A DNA stretch of 64,000 bases, from assembly GCA_965224245.1 (NCBI GenBank), contig OZ245046.1, positions 864,001 to 928,000 on the forward strand, written 5' to 3'. This stretch comes from Candidatus Eiseniibacteriota bacterium (GTDB taxonomy: Bacteria; Eisenbacteria; RBG-16-71-46; CAZAMP01). The position numbers and the translations under genes are program-made. Under the pieces are notes generated by a model. The model had not been told where the DNA came from, ran no database searches, and worked only from the letters and a program-made list of their open reading frames with translations. This document shows positions 45,201 through 55,217 of this stretch, piece after piece (position 1 is the first letter of the stretch; every line of letters begins with the position of its first letter).

Positions 45201-45481
45201 CGTCGGCGTACGCGCTGGCCCCACCGGGGCCGAACCCTGTCCGCAGCGGAACGACGTTGACGTTCACGTTGCCCGAGAGGGAAGAGGTGGTGCTGGTCAT
45301 CTACGACACCGGGGGGCGGGCCGTTCGGACCCTGGCTCGTGGTGCACACCGCGCCGCGGTCCATCGTGTGTCGTGGGAGGGCCGTGACGACGACGGGCGA
45401 CCCATCGCCCCGGGTGTCTACTTCGCACGTCTCCGCGCGGGCGCGTTTCACGCGGAGCGTCGTCTCACCGTGGTCCGGTGA
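42230..45481 (+). CDS. Secreted LVIVD-repeat protein with FlgD-Ig/T9SS-type CTD (paralog of 31144-34422)
   Basis: Same collinear architecture: TEDFTT, LVIVD repeats, PPGVWE, HTTTP, YSVDN.AP, PGVYF. Confidence 0.88.
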   Translation: MSHRVSLAMFLLAIAALSRASTFTEDFTTTTYWDAAETTANWNTGAGELGLHPFEPSIVSGVATGHVRNVAVSGNLVFVANGSQGFLVIDITDPASPVTIGSLLDAWTKYDLAVAGDHVFAVGTSGIQGLDVSDPTTPVLVGSAAIPGTCLGVALAGDHAFVANGSDGLRVIDISDPTSPAIVGLVDTPGSAYDVTLAGDLAYVADLNFGLQVIDISDPTTPGIMSNVDTPGSAASVAVSGDIVHLTDQADGLHMIDVSDPTSPTIVGSIDPGLAAGIAVSGDVAILADFTAGLLLIDITDPTMPTILSSAPVPAGGTAVTVAGNLAFVADGNLDLQVFEIATPASPLNVGSVDTPDETYSVAIAGDVAYVADLGSGVQVVDISDPATPAIIGSVNTPGDARDIVATGDVVYLADDASGLQVIDVSDPTAPAIIGSMVTPGRALGLAVEGDLAIVGDFTSGQVLTVDISSPAAPSIVGSVLTPERPFSVAVAGDVAYVTDYNVGLRAIDISDPAIPVEIGSVATPGPPRTVTLSGDVAFVSAREAGVVAIDVSDPTTPTIVGSVDTPGFATGVTGIAVAGDVAFVADYDFGVQVIDISDPTTLAIIGGLDTPGLCRSVVLAGEHAFVSDGEVGLQMMRVFQHTFDESRNVGQSLPLPTGTDIVMKTRLSSVQTDHVSWELSANGESDFTSVVPGADWMTINPGQNLVWRSTHALSASLANPAAQEVTIEWLTKWAPIISITDVPDDEGRAVSLTLTRSAHEFDDETTFPVVGYAIYRRVDQASLVRDVMEVGTMPDAVSLDGTPLASYGPDRVRLIGDREFVLGDALAAGDGFPPGVWEGVGWVLPERSDTYTTTVATAADSSGFGIPWSVYLTATHTTTPAAYFLSEPDSAYSVDNRAPAAPTGLALVGNDLSWDTAPESDFAYHSVYGSSSSEFDPGATFIDYTIDATYDVTGHVHAYFHVTTTDFADNEGDAASIESDLLSAPEMTVPSAYALAPPGPNPVRSGTTLTFTLPEREEVVLVIYDTGGRAVRTLARGAHRAAVHRVSWEGRDDDGRPIAPGVYFARLRAGAFHAERRLTVVR

Positions 45482-45528
45482 TATGGAATGACCCTGTCAA
45501 GAGGCGAGTCTCTCCGGTCGGGAGGGGG

Positions 45529-46881
45529 GGATGCGTCCCGATTGTTGTGGAAAAGCGTAGCGCCCTCCTGATTGCGTGATAGTAGCGCGTTACGCGGCGT
45601 CTCGGCACCTCCGAGCCGAGATCGTGGCCACGTGCTGGTGTCCGTTGATCTTGCGCATCTTGATCTGACCGAACGCAACGAGACCGTAGAGCAACGTCAG
45701 CGCCGCCTCTTCGGTCGAGAACGACGCTTGGGTCTTGGTCCGCCGGCGGAACTCTCGGTTCAGATTCTCGATCGAGTTGGTCGATCGCAGCGACTTCCAC
45801 ATCGGCTTGGGGAACTCGTAGAACGTGAGGAGCTGATGCCCCACCTCCTCGAGACTTCTCGCGACGGCCGGACAGAGCGTCCGCCACTTACCCAGGAACG
45901 CGTCGTACGCCCCTCGTGCGTCCATGGCCGAGGTGGCCATGACGATCGCGTGGTAGTCGCGGGCGAGCTCAGGCCGGGCATGGACCGGACAGCACGCCTC
46001 GAGATTCGCACGCTTGTGAACCGTGCACCGCTGAACGCCAGCTTCGGGCCAGAGCGCAACCGCGCGAAGCAGTCCTTTGTGACCGTCGCTGATGATCAGC
46101 TCAGGACTCGGGAGTCCGCGAGCCCCAAGGTCCTCGATCACCGCGCCCCAGTTCGTCGCCGCCTCGCTGGCGGCGAGTCGAAGCGCCACCAGGCGCTTGT
46201 TTCCGGCCTCATCGACGCCCATCACCACCAGGACCGGCACGCTCACCACCCGGCGAGCCAGCCGCACCTTCAGGTGGATCGCATCGAGCATGACGATCGG
46301 ATAGGTCTCCTCGCTCAGGTCCCGCTCGCTCCAGCTCTGGAACAGCGCCTTGAGTCGAGATACGACCCGAGAAACGGCGCTCTTCGAGAGGTTCGCTTCG
46401 CCAAGAAGCGGCAGAAGCGCCTTGCGGATACGTCGACTGTTCGCGCCGGCGAGATACACCCCGAGGATGGCGTCGTCGACCCGGCGGGTACGACGGGCGT
46501 AGCGGGGCAGGATCTCGCTCGTGAACTCGGTGGTGTTCCCCGACTCGTCGCGGACGCGAGCCCTGGGAACCGAGATCTCCATCGGACCGGACTCCGTCGT
46601 GATCGTTCGCGACGTTCGCCCGTTCCGATAGCCTCGACGCTCATCGGTCCGCTGGTATCGAGAAGACCCGAGAAGCTCCGACAGCTCCTCCTCGATCACG
46701 ACCTCGACGACCTGTGCGATCCGCTGCTGGAGAAGCTCACGAACGACGTGACGGACGGGAAGTTGGGACGGAGCGGTGGTAGACTGAGCCATGGCGTTTC
46801 CTCCTCGCCCGGTGGGCGGTCTGGTTTGGCAACCAGGAGGTTACGCCATTTTCGTTTTTCCACAGGACTCGGGACGGATCC
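45529..46881 (-). mobile_element. IS256-family element, copy 1
   Basis: IRs GGATGCGTCCCG / CGGGACGGATCC. Perfect 8-bp target duplication GGAGGGGG. Confidence 0.93.
45590..46792 (-). CDS. IS256 (Mutator-type) transposase
   Basis: GYRNG, VPRAR, LDAIHLKVR, ISDGHKGL, QRCTVHK, STNSIENLN. Confidence 0.93.
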   Translation of the reverse strand: MAQSTTAPSQLPVRHVVRELLQQRIAQVVEVVIEEELSELLGSSRYQRTDERRGYRNGRTSRTITTESGPMEISVPRARVRDESGNTTEFTSEILPRYARRTRRVDDAILGVYLAGANSRRIRKALLPLLGEANLSKSAVSRVVSRLKALFQSWSERDLSEETYPIVMLDAIHLKVRLARRVVSVPVLVVMGVDEAGNKRLVALRLAASEAATNWGAVIEDLGARGLPSPELIISDGHKGLLRAVALWPEAGVQRCTVHKRANLEACCPVHARPELARDYHAIVMATSAMDARGAYDAFLGKWRTLCPAVARSLEEVGHQLLTFYEFPKPMWKSLRSTNSIENLNREFRRRTKTQASFSTEEAALTLLYGLVAFGQIKMRKINGHQHVATISARRCRDAA

Positions 46882-47364
46882 GGAGGGGGTCGCCTCTCTT
46901 CGTATAGACGAGTTCGAGATGACATCGATCAATGGCGGCTTCGACGACGAGTCACGCTGCTGTTCGCGGGTTGAACCGGCGTCTCGGCCAGAGCCGCATG
47001 TGATCCGTCGGGAGAGGACGCTGTCTGAACTCGCGGGTTCGGGAGTGAACTCCGTACCGCACACCGCAGTTGCGCGCCGTCTCCAGATTCGTGCCTTCGA
47101 TCAGATGTCACCTCGAACGTCAACATCGTGGTGTCGTCAGTGGGCGATCGCGAGCCGGTCATTCCATCTTGTCTGAGCTGATCACGGGAAGTTCCATGGG
47201 CTCTGGGTCTTGGCGCGCCTACGCCTTGCCGACGCGAATGACGCCCGTGAGCCCGTTACCCTTGGCGTCTGGAGACGAGCGTGCTGTGATACGTATCCGT
47301 TCGGTGAACCCATGTTGAGCCCATCGGCCGGTCCTGAGAACGTGCGCACCCGAGGAGGTGCCGC

Positions 47365-47721
47365 ATGCTCTCGAAGTCGATCACGACCGCGCTCGCCCCG
47401 ATCTCCGACAACCGCTACTGGCGGGAGTCGGACGCGGAACGCGCACTTGCCATCTGGAGCCAGAGTGGGCTCACACTGAACGCCTTTGCGCGACAGTGTG
47501 GCCTCAGTGTGTCGCGACTGCGCCGCTGGAAGTCCAAGCTCGAGGCCGACGGCAGCCCCCGCTTCCACCCGGTCGAGATCGTGGAGACGGCTGACGCCGA
47601 CGTGGCCGACTCCGACGCCGGTATCGAGCTCATCGTCGGACAGCGCCACCGGATCGTCGTCCGCCGCGGCTTCGATCGCACGCTGCTACACGAGCTCATC
47701 GAGGCGCTCGATCCGTGCTGA
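47365..47721 (+). CDS. IS66 accessory protein TnpA
   Basis: SGLTLNAFARQCGLS HTH and position in the element. Confidence 0.8.
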   Translation: MLSKSITTALAPISDNRYWRESDAERALAIWSQSGLTLNAFARQCGLSVSRLRRWKSKLEADGSPRFHPVEIVETADADVADSDAGIELIVGQRHRIVVRRGFDRTLLHELIEALDPC

Positions 47722-48095
47722 CCCTGCCGCACACCGTGCGCATCTACATCGCCGCTGAGCCCGTCGATCTCCGCAAGGGCTTCGACGGGCTCTCGGCGGC
47801 CACGCGCGAGATCATCTCCGCCGATCCCCTCTCGGGACACCTGTTCGTGTTCATCAACCGGCGCGCGAACCGGATGAAGATCCTCGTCTGGCAGCCCTCG
47901 GGCTATCTCCTCGTCTACAAGCGCCTCGAACGCGGCCGCTTCACGCTCCCGCGCCACCCCGAGGTCGGGTCCTCGCACGTCGAGATCGAGTCGTCGGAGC
48001 TGACGTTGCTCCTGGATGGGATCGATCTTCGCGGCTCCCAGCGCCGGAGTCGCTGGTCGCCGAAGAAGGGACTTGCCTGGCGCGCGACGATGTGA
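47715..48095 (+). CDS. IS66 accessory protein TnpB
   Basis: VDLRKGFDGL, LFVFINR, KRLERGRF. Confidence 0.9.
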   Translation: MLTLPHTVRIYIAAEPVDLRKGFDGLSAATREIISADPLSGHLFVFINRRANRMKILVWQPSGYLLVYKRLERGRFTLPRHPEVGSSHVEIESSELTLLLDGIDLRGSQRRSRWSPKKGLAWRATM

Positions 48096-48107
48096 TTCAA
48101 AGAGTGC

Positions 48108-49721
48108 ATGACCTTCGCGCAACTCACTCGTGAACTCGAGCGCTTCCGCTCCGAGCTCCAGACGCTGGCCGCCAACGGCCGTACCGATGACGCGATCGAG
48201 AAGGCGTTCGAGCGCATGCGCCTGCTCCTGCACCGGAACCTCCATCTCGAGCTGGCGCTGTTCGCCGAGCGTCGCAAGCGCGCGGGGATCCGGAGCGAGA
48301 AGGTGGACCCGGCTCAGCTGTTGTTGATGTTGGCCAAGATGCCCGAGAACAACGTCGATCCCGAGAACGATCTCGACGACACCGAGACCGACGATGCGCA
48401 GCTGACGGAGGAGATCGCGGCGGCCGAAGCGGCGTTGCCGAGTCCGCCGACGCGGCGGCCCCGCCGGCAACGGCTCCCCGAGACACTCCCACGCGAGATC
48501 GTGACCCACACGCTGCCGGAGCAGGATCTGCCTTGCGGCACGTGTGGCGTTCCGATGAAGGCGATCGGCGAGGACGTGAGCGAGATCCTGCGCCTGGTCC
48601 CCGCCCGGTTCGAGGTCGAGGAGCACCGTCGCACGAAGTACGCGTGTTCGACGTGCAAGGACGCGGTGGTCACCGCGCCGGGGCCCGCCAAGTTCATCGA
48701 CAAGGGTCGTGCGGCGCCGAGCCTCTTGGCGCACGTCGTTCAAGCGAAGTACCAGGACCACATCCCGCTGGCGCGGCTGAGCGAGATCTACGCCCGCGGC
48801 GGGGTCGCGATCGCGCGCTCCACGCTCTGCGACTGGACGGCGCGCGTGGCCGAGGAGCTACGGCCCATCGCCGAGCGGATCTGGGAGAAGGCGTTCCACG
48901 CGCACACGCTGCAGAGCGACGCGACCGGGCTGCGGGTGCTCGATCGTGACGACCCGAACGGGGTGCGGATGGGCACGATGTGGTGCGCCATCGGGGATGG
49001 GACGTACGCGGCGTTCCACTACGCGAAGACCGGCACGGGCGAGGACGGCCCGTGGCGCTTCCTGGCGGGCCGCGAGGGCTATCACCAGGCGGACGCGGCG
49101 ACGGTCTACGATCGGGTGTACAACGGCGAGGTGGCCAGCGCGATCGAGGTCGGCTGCTGGGCGCATGCCAGGCGGGGCTTCGAGGCGTTGCGCGACACGG
49201 ACTCTCGCGTGGCGTATCCGCTGAAGCTGATCGCGCAGCTGTATCGAGTGGAGACGCTGGCCGATCGGCGTGGGCTCGATCCCCCCGAACGCCAGGAGCT
49301 CCGCACCGAGCGCAGCCGAGCGATCCTGGATCGGCTCGATCGATGGATCGTGCGAACCGAAGAGTCCGAGCCGCCCGAGAGCGCGCTGTCGAAGGCGTGC
49401 GGGTACGTCGTGAATCAACACGACGCGCTCTGGTGCTTCCTCGACGACGGACATCTGCCGTTGGACAACAACCTGTGCGAGCGGCAGTTGAGAGCGGTCG
49501 CCGTCGGTCGGAAGAACTACCTGTTCGCGGGATCCGACCGGGCCGCCCAGCGCGCGGCGATCCTCTACTCCGTCGTGCGCACCGCCGCGCTGGCGAAGAT
49601 CGACGTCTACGCGTATCTCATCCGCGTTCTCGAGCGCATCGCCGATGGGTGGCCCGACGCCAAGATCGACGAGCTGCTGCCCGAGAACCACGTTCCCTGC
49701 TACGAAGCAGACCCCAGGTAG
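48108..49721 (+). CDS. IS66 transposase TnpC
   Basis: RSEK, CxxCG zinc finger, CWAHARR, DNNLCERQLR, GRKNYLFAGS. Confidence 0.92.
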   Translation: MTFAQLTRELERFRSELQTLAANGRTDDAIEKAFERMRLLLHRNLHLELALFAERRKRAGIRSEKVDPAQLLLMLAKMPENNVDPENDLDDTETDDAQLTEEIAAAEAALPSPPTRRPRRQRLPETLPREIVTHTLPEQDLPCGTCGVPMKAIGEDVSEILRLVPARFEVEEHRRTKYACSTCKDAVVTAPGPAKFIDKGRAAPSLLAHVVQAKYQDHIPLARLSEIYARGGVAIARSTLCDWTARVAEELRPIAERIWEKAFHAHTLQSDATGLRVLDRDDPNGVRMGTMWCAIGDGTYAAFHYAKTGTGEDGPWRFLAGREGYHQADAATVYDRVYNGEVASAIEVGCWAHARRGFEALRDTDSRVAYPLKLIAQLYRVETLADRRGLDPPERQELRTERSRAILDRLDRWIVRTEESEPPESALSKACGYVVNQHDALWCFLDDGHLPLDNNLCERQLRAVAVGRKNYLFAGSDRAAQRAAILYSVVRTAALAKIDVYAYLIRVLERIADGWPDAKIDELLPENHVPCYEADPR

Positions 49722-49833
49722 GCCTCACCCGACAGCGCGCCGGGACACGGGCTGATCACCCGGATGGGATGCCCGAACGGTTACTGTGATACGGCACTCG
49801 TGGTGCTGCGCGGGCTCACGGCAGCGGGATTTG

Positions 49834-50033
49834 GAGCCCCAGCCGGTCTCCCCGATATCGCTTGGGGCTCGAAAACATCTCTACCTCTCTGTTTGGAGTG
49901 ACGTTCGGTTGATCGCTGTAAGTTGTTGGTGGGGGGGTGTCGTGATCTTGGCGAGGGTCGGACGGAAGAGTTCGAACCGCCTCACTCGGGTCACCACTGA
50001 TGCGTCCGTAGCGGCTTTATCGGCCGCGGGCTA
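49834..50033 (+). repeat. Conserved junction element (att-like), full copy 2
   Basis: GAGCCCCAGCCGG...GGGGCTCGAA, ACCTCTCTGTTTGGA at 49883-49897, CGGGTCACCA at 49987-49996, weak 25-nt motif at 50009-50033. Confidence 0.8.
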
Positions 50034-51015
50034 CAGCCCTGACCGTCGACCCGTCAGCACCTTTCGCCCGAGCAGTGCACTCCACCAGCACGCTCTTCGT
50101 GCGATTCCCTCGAGCGGTCTCGTCGCCTCTCTTCTTGCTCTCCAGGCGGGAGCATCTGAGACCTATCCGTTCTCCCGGGAGTGGCCAGCGTCGAGCAACA
50201 TGCGCTCGATGCGCCAAGAGAACCGGAGCACTGCTACGGGGTGACCACGGAGCGAAGGGTCCACGTCGACGTCTCCAGTCGCAGCCGCGCGAAGTAGACA
50301 CCCGGAACGAGCTCGACCCCCGCCACGTTGACGAGACGCCCCTCCGGTCCGGTTCGTGGGACATCCTGCTCGTAGACACGTCTCCCCAGGACATCGAACA
50401 CTTCCAGCCGCCCGGTCGCGGAAACCCCTGGCAGAACCCGGTAGGAGAGGCTCGGGCCCGGATTGCGCGTTGCATGCAGCAGGGCCGGTCGCTGCGCGAT
50501 CCCGACGTCCGTATCCGAGGTCGAGAGAAGCGCCTGCGGTCCCCGGAACAGCACCTCGCTCAGCCCCACGTATTCGGCGGCCAGGCCACTGTGCGCGCTG
50601 TCTGTGTCGAACTTGACCAGTCGGACTCCCGTTGCCTGGAAGGAGACGAGCTGCGCCGGCTCTGCGGGTCCGCCCGCCGCGACGTCGAGCGTGAACACGT
50701 CGACGGGGTCGCGGTCAGAGGATCCAGGTCGCTCGACACCAGGAGCCGAAAGCTGGCCACACCACGGTCTTCCAGGGCCGACTGATTGTGGTTCCAGATG
50801 TAGGCTCCGAGGAGATCGTATTCAGCACCGAGGTCGAAGATGAGTGCCTGTTCGTCGACCGCCGGCGGAGTCCCGACAGGGCCTCCGAGGCCACCATCGA
50901 CATCACCCGCGTGCCACATCGTTGCGGCACTGGCATCGTCGTCGTGTGTCCATGTCTCTACCGGTCCAGCACCGGACAGTCCGCTACCGTTGATGAGATT
51001 GATGGCGCGTCCATC

Positions 51016-52264
51016 TGGAGTTGACCCGGTTTCGTGGACACCAAGCCCTTACAATGGGGCGAGGAGGTCCCGATGCCAAGATCCCGTCGATCGTACCCGC
51101 CTGAGTTCCGCCGCCAGCTGATCGAGCTGGTCCGTGCCGGACGAACCCCCGAGTCTCTCGCCCGTGAGTTCGAACCGTCGGCCGGGGCGATCCGGAACTG
51201 GGTCAGACAGGCCGATCTCGATGAAGGCCGCCGGGAGGACGGTGTGACCAGCGAGGAGCGAGAGGAACTCACCCGCCTGCGCCGTGAGAACCGGCAGCTT
51301 CGTGAAGAGCGGGAGATTCTAAAAAAAGCCGCGGCCTGGTTCGCTCGGGAGACCGAGTCAACGCCCCCGAAGCGTTCGCGTTCGTGAAGGCGAATCGGGC
51401 CGACCACGCGGTGCGCACGATGTGCCGAGTGCTGGGCGTCTCCACCAGCGGGTACTACGCGTGGCTTGATCGTCCCCTCAGCAACCGGGCACGGGAGGAT
51501 GCGGTCTTGCTGGAGATGATCGAGGAGTTCCACACGCGATCGGATGGGACCTATGGCGTTCCCCGCATCCACCAGGATCTGATCGATGAGGACATCTTCG
51601 TGGGAAAGAAGCGGGTTGGGCGCTTGATGCGCCTCAAGCAGCTCCAGGGCGTTCATCGACGGGCTCGGAGACGGACCACGATCCGTGGCGATGAACCCCC
51701 GTCTCAGGATCTGGTGAACCGGCGCTTCGAAGCCGACGGACCCGATCAGCTCTGGGTGGCGGACATCACCTACGTGCCGACCTGGGTGGGCTTTCTGTTC
51801 CTGGCCGTGGTGCTCGACGCGTGGAGTCGGCGCGTGGTGGGCTGGGCCATGGCCTCGCACCTGCGATCGGAGCTGGTTCTCGAGGCCCTGGAGATGGCCC
51901 TTCATCGCCGCCGTCCCGAGAACGTGATCCATCACTCCGACCAGGGGTGTCAGTACACGTCCTACGCCTTCGGAAAGCGTTGTCGGCAAGCCGGCGTGCG
52001 CCCCTCGATGGGATCGGTGGGCGACTGCTACGACAACGCTATGTGCGAGAGCTTCTTCGCCACACTGGAGTGCGAGCTCATCGAGCGCCGCACCTTCCGG
52101 AACCGGACCGATGCGAGGCGAGAGCTGTTCCAGTTCATCGAGGGGTGGTACAACCCTCATCGTCGTCACTCCGCCTTGGGGTATCGTTCACCCATGGCGT
52201 TCGAGGCGGCTCAGCTCGAGCCGATCCTCACATGAAACCTGTCCACCGAAGCGGGGCAACTCCA
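51016..52264 (+). mobile_element. IS3-family element with A7G frameshift signal
   Basis: IRs TGGAGTTGACCCG / CGGGGCAACTCCA, 3-bp duplication ATC, AAAAAAAG at 51321-51328. Confidence 0.93.
51073..52235 (+). CDS. IS3 transposase OrfA (51073-51387) / OrfB (to 52235), -1 frameshift fusion
   Basis: YPPEFRR, EREILKKAA, WVADITY, HHSDQGCQY, YDNAMCESFF. Confidence 0.9.
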
Positions 52265-52472
52265 ATCCGTTTCCCCGCCGCCCCATTCCGACGTACTCAG
52301 CACCTCGACCGGCGCGATGACGAGCGAGGGTTCTTGGGGGACACACTCGACATAAGCGGGTGTGAAGTCACTGATGTCCACGAGATCTAGTCCGCCGCTC
52401 CGTCCGTCAAAGTTAGACGTGGCGACGAATGCGTATCCCGACAACGTGGGATCGTCGCAGGCTGCAATCGGT

Positions 52473-53825
52473 GGATCCGTCCCGAGTCCTGTGGAAAAAC
52501 GAAAATGGCGTAACCTCCTGGTTGCCAAACCAGACCGCCCACCGGGCGAGGAGGAAACGCCATGGCTCAGTCTACCACCGCTCCGTCCCAACTTCCCGTC
52601 CGTCACGTCGTTCGTGAGCTTCTCCAGCAGCGGATCGCACAGGTCGTCGAGGTCGTGATCGAGGAGGAGCTGTCGGAGCTTCTCGGGTCTTCTCGATACC
52701 AGCGGACCGATGAGCGTCGAGGCTATCGGAACGGGCGAACGTCGCGAACGATCACGACGGAGTCCGGTCCGATGGAGATCTCGGTTCCCAGGGCTCGCGT
52801 CCGCGACGAGTCGGGGAACACCACCGAGTTCACGAGCGAGATCCTGCCCCGCTACGCCCGTCGTACCCGCCGGGTCGACGACGCCATCCTCGGGGTGTAT
52901 CTCGCCGGCGCGAACAGTCGACGTATCCGCAAGGCGCTTCTGCCGCTTCTTGGCGAAGCGAACCTCTCGAAGAGCGCCGTTTCTCGGGTCGTATCTCGAC
53001 TCAAGGCGCTGTTCCAGAGCTGGAGCGAGCGGGACCTGAGCGAGGAGACCTATCCGATCGTCATGCTCGATGCGATCCACCTGAAGGTGCGGCTGGCTCG
53101 CCGGGTGGTGAGCGTGCCGGTCCTGGTGGTGATGGGCGTCGATGAGGCCGGAAACAAGCGCCTGGTGGCGCTTCGACTCGCCGCCAGCGAGGCGGCGACG
53201 AACTGGGGCGCGGTGATCGAGGACCTTGGGGCTCGCGGACTCCCGAGTCCTGAGCTGATCATCAGCGACGGTCACAAAGGACTGCTTCGCGCGGTTGCGC
53301 TCTGGCCCGAAGCTGGCGTTCAGCGGTGCACGGTTCACAAGCGTGCGAATCTCGAGGCGTGCTGTCCGGTCCATGCCCGGCCTGAGCTCGCCCGCGACTA
53401 CCACGCGATCGTCATGGCCACCTCGGCCATGGACGCACGAGGGGCGTACGACGCGTTCCTGGGTAAGTGGCGGACGCTCTGTCCGGCCGTCGCGAGAAGT
53501 CTCGAGGAGGTGGGGCATCAGCTCCTCACGTTCTACGAGTTCCCCAAGCCGATGTGGAAGTCGCTGCGATCGACCAACTCGATCGAGAATCTGAACCGAG
53601 AGTTCCGCCGGCGGACCAAGACCCAAGCGTCGTTCTCGACCGAAGAGGCGGCGCTGACGTTGCTCTACGGTCTCGTTGCGTTCGGTCAGATCAAGATGCG
53701 CAAGATCAACGGACACCAGCACGTGGCCACGATCTCGGCTCGGAGGTGCCGAGACGCCGCGTAACGCGCTACTATCACGCAATCAGGAGGGCGCTACGCT
53801 TTTCCACAACAATCGGGACGCATCC
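52473..53825 (+). mobile_element. IS256-family element, copy 2 (inverted relative to copy 1)
   Basis: Same 1353-bp length and same 400-aa transposase. Flanks CAATCGGT / CAATCGCA form an imperfect duplication. Confidence 0.93.
52562..53764 (+). CDS. IS256 transposase
   Basis: Translation identical to 45590-46792. Confidence 0.93.
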   Translation: MAQSTTAPSQLPVRHVVRELLQQRIAQVVEVVIEEELSELLGSSRYQRTDERRGYRNGRTSRTITTESGPMEISVPRARVRDESGNTTEFTSEILPRYARRTRRVDDAILGVYLAGANSRRIRKALLPLLGEANLSKSAVSRVVSRLKALFQSWSERDLSEETYPIVMLDAIHLKVRLARRVVSVPVLVVMGVDEAGNKRLVALRLAASEAATNWGAVIEDLGARGLPSPELIISDGHKGLLRAVALWPEAGVQRCTVHKRANLEACCPVHARPELARDYHAIVMATSAMDARGAYDAFLGKWRTLCPAVARSLEEVGHQLLTFYEFPKPMWKSLRSTNSIENLNREFRRRTKTQASFSTEEAALTLLYGLVAFGQIKMRKINGHQHVATISARRCRDAA

Positions 53826-55217
53826 CAATCGCATATCCGCCTGCGCTCAGGGTTGTAGACCCCACCATCGTCGGGGTCTGGGGACTACTGATGTCGATGA
53901 CATCCAAGGTGCCGGCACTACTGGGCAAGGAAGCGGTTGCGACGTACGCATGAGTGCCGGCGAGTGCAATTGAACGTCCGCCCAGGTTAAGTGAAATGTT
54001 TATGTAGGGGAGGGGATTCAAGGGATTACTGATGTCGATCGGCGTGAAGTAGCCCGCGTCCTCATAGAGTTCATCGAAATCGGTAGAGGCGACAAAGAGG
54101 GTGTTGTCACAACCGGCGATCGCGCGCGCTCCAACGCCTAGATCGATTGATGCGACGATCACCGGATCGAGTGGGTCCGCGATGTCCACGACCACGAGTG
54201 CTCCTGTATCCCAGTCAACGGGGTCGACGTCTGCCGTGCCAATGTATGCGAAGTCGCCGACAACGGTGACCGCATGCCCTCCGTAGGGAAGATCGATGGA
54301 ACCTAGAGATACGGGGCTGAACGGGTCCTGGATGTCGATGATGTGGAAGGTGCCCGCATCCCAGCCTCCGTAGTTGACGTCCGCGGTCACGACGTAGGCA
54401 TGGAGATCGTCCTCGCTCAGGTCGACGGCACGGGCGCCCCAGGGAAGATTTACCGTCGATCCACTACTGAATGGAGGAGCCGCCCATATCACGTGAAAGC
54501 TGCCATAGTCTGGTCCGTTGGCCTCGACTTCCGAGAGTGCCATGAAGGCGTAGCGATCTCCATACACCTCCAAGATCTCCAGATCGTGAACTCCGTCGTG
54601 TTGACCAATGAAATGCGGGTAGTAGTTGTCATCACTCTCGAGAAACGTCGGATCGGAGATGTCCCAGACTTGATAATGGCCGCGATCGGTTCCTCCGTGT
54701 ACGTCGATCTCCGTCATGCCAAGGAACAACTCCAAGCCGACCACGTCCATGGCACGTCCGCCTCGTTCGAGGTCGTAGGTCGCCAGGACCTCGAATGCGT
54801 ACGACGTGCGGAGGGCCAGGGGAATGCCGATCAGGGTGAAGCAGAGTACAACGACACATCGTGCAAGCAGACTCGACCGTCGGGCCCGAGTCACGGAGAG
54901 TTGATCAGCCAAGCGTGGCAACCTGGCTCCGGAGCTCGCTCGTATCGAACCAAGTGCTGCACTCGGCATATCGTGCACTCCTCTGGGGGAAACCGTTGAT
55001 GGGTCTACAGACTGGACCGGCTGGGCGGCCTCAGATCAGCGGAGTATACTGCACTCGGTAATCGATGGTGCGGAACCGGGTGTCGCCCAGTCGCAGGGCT
55101 GACGGCTCCGGTGGAGCTCACCTGTCCGCGGTGATCGGTCCATCCGGAGTCTCGGTTCTTAGGCCATGCTCAGTGCCGGCCTGGGTTCGATGGCCTCCGG
55201 TGCCGGAGGCTGATGAC

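Larger units (their letters stand above)
47293..49784 (+). mobile_element. IS66-family element
   Basis: IRs GTATCCGTTCGG / CCGAACGGTTAC, 8-bp target duplication TGTGATAC, tnpA-tnpB-tnpC. Confidence 0.93.
50234..54978 (-). pseudogene. Secreted LVIVD + discoidin-like + CTD protein split by IS256 and IS3, with a further frameshift near 50705
   Basis: Frame rejoins across both IS (…GGYAI|AACDD…GGETD|GRAINLINGSGL…). FDLG..Y.L....IWN and VGLSEV.F motifs, PGVYF C-terminus. Start uncertain. Confidence 0.8.

Noticed and set aside
31144-45481. Diversity-generating retroelement acting on the paralogs
   Set aside because: No reverse transcriptase and no near-identical template/variable repeat pair seen
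46890-47292. Gene between IS256 and IS66
   Set aside because: Only short ORFs without recognisable motifs, so no call can be supported
45529-53825. Composite transposon bounded by the two IS256 copies
   Set aside because: Copy 1 has its own perfect 8-bp duplication and copy 2 sits inside a gene with its own near-duplication, so they are independent insertions
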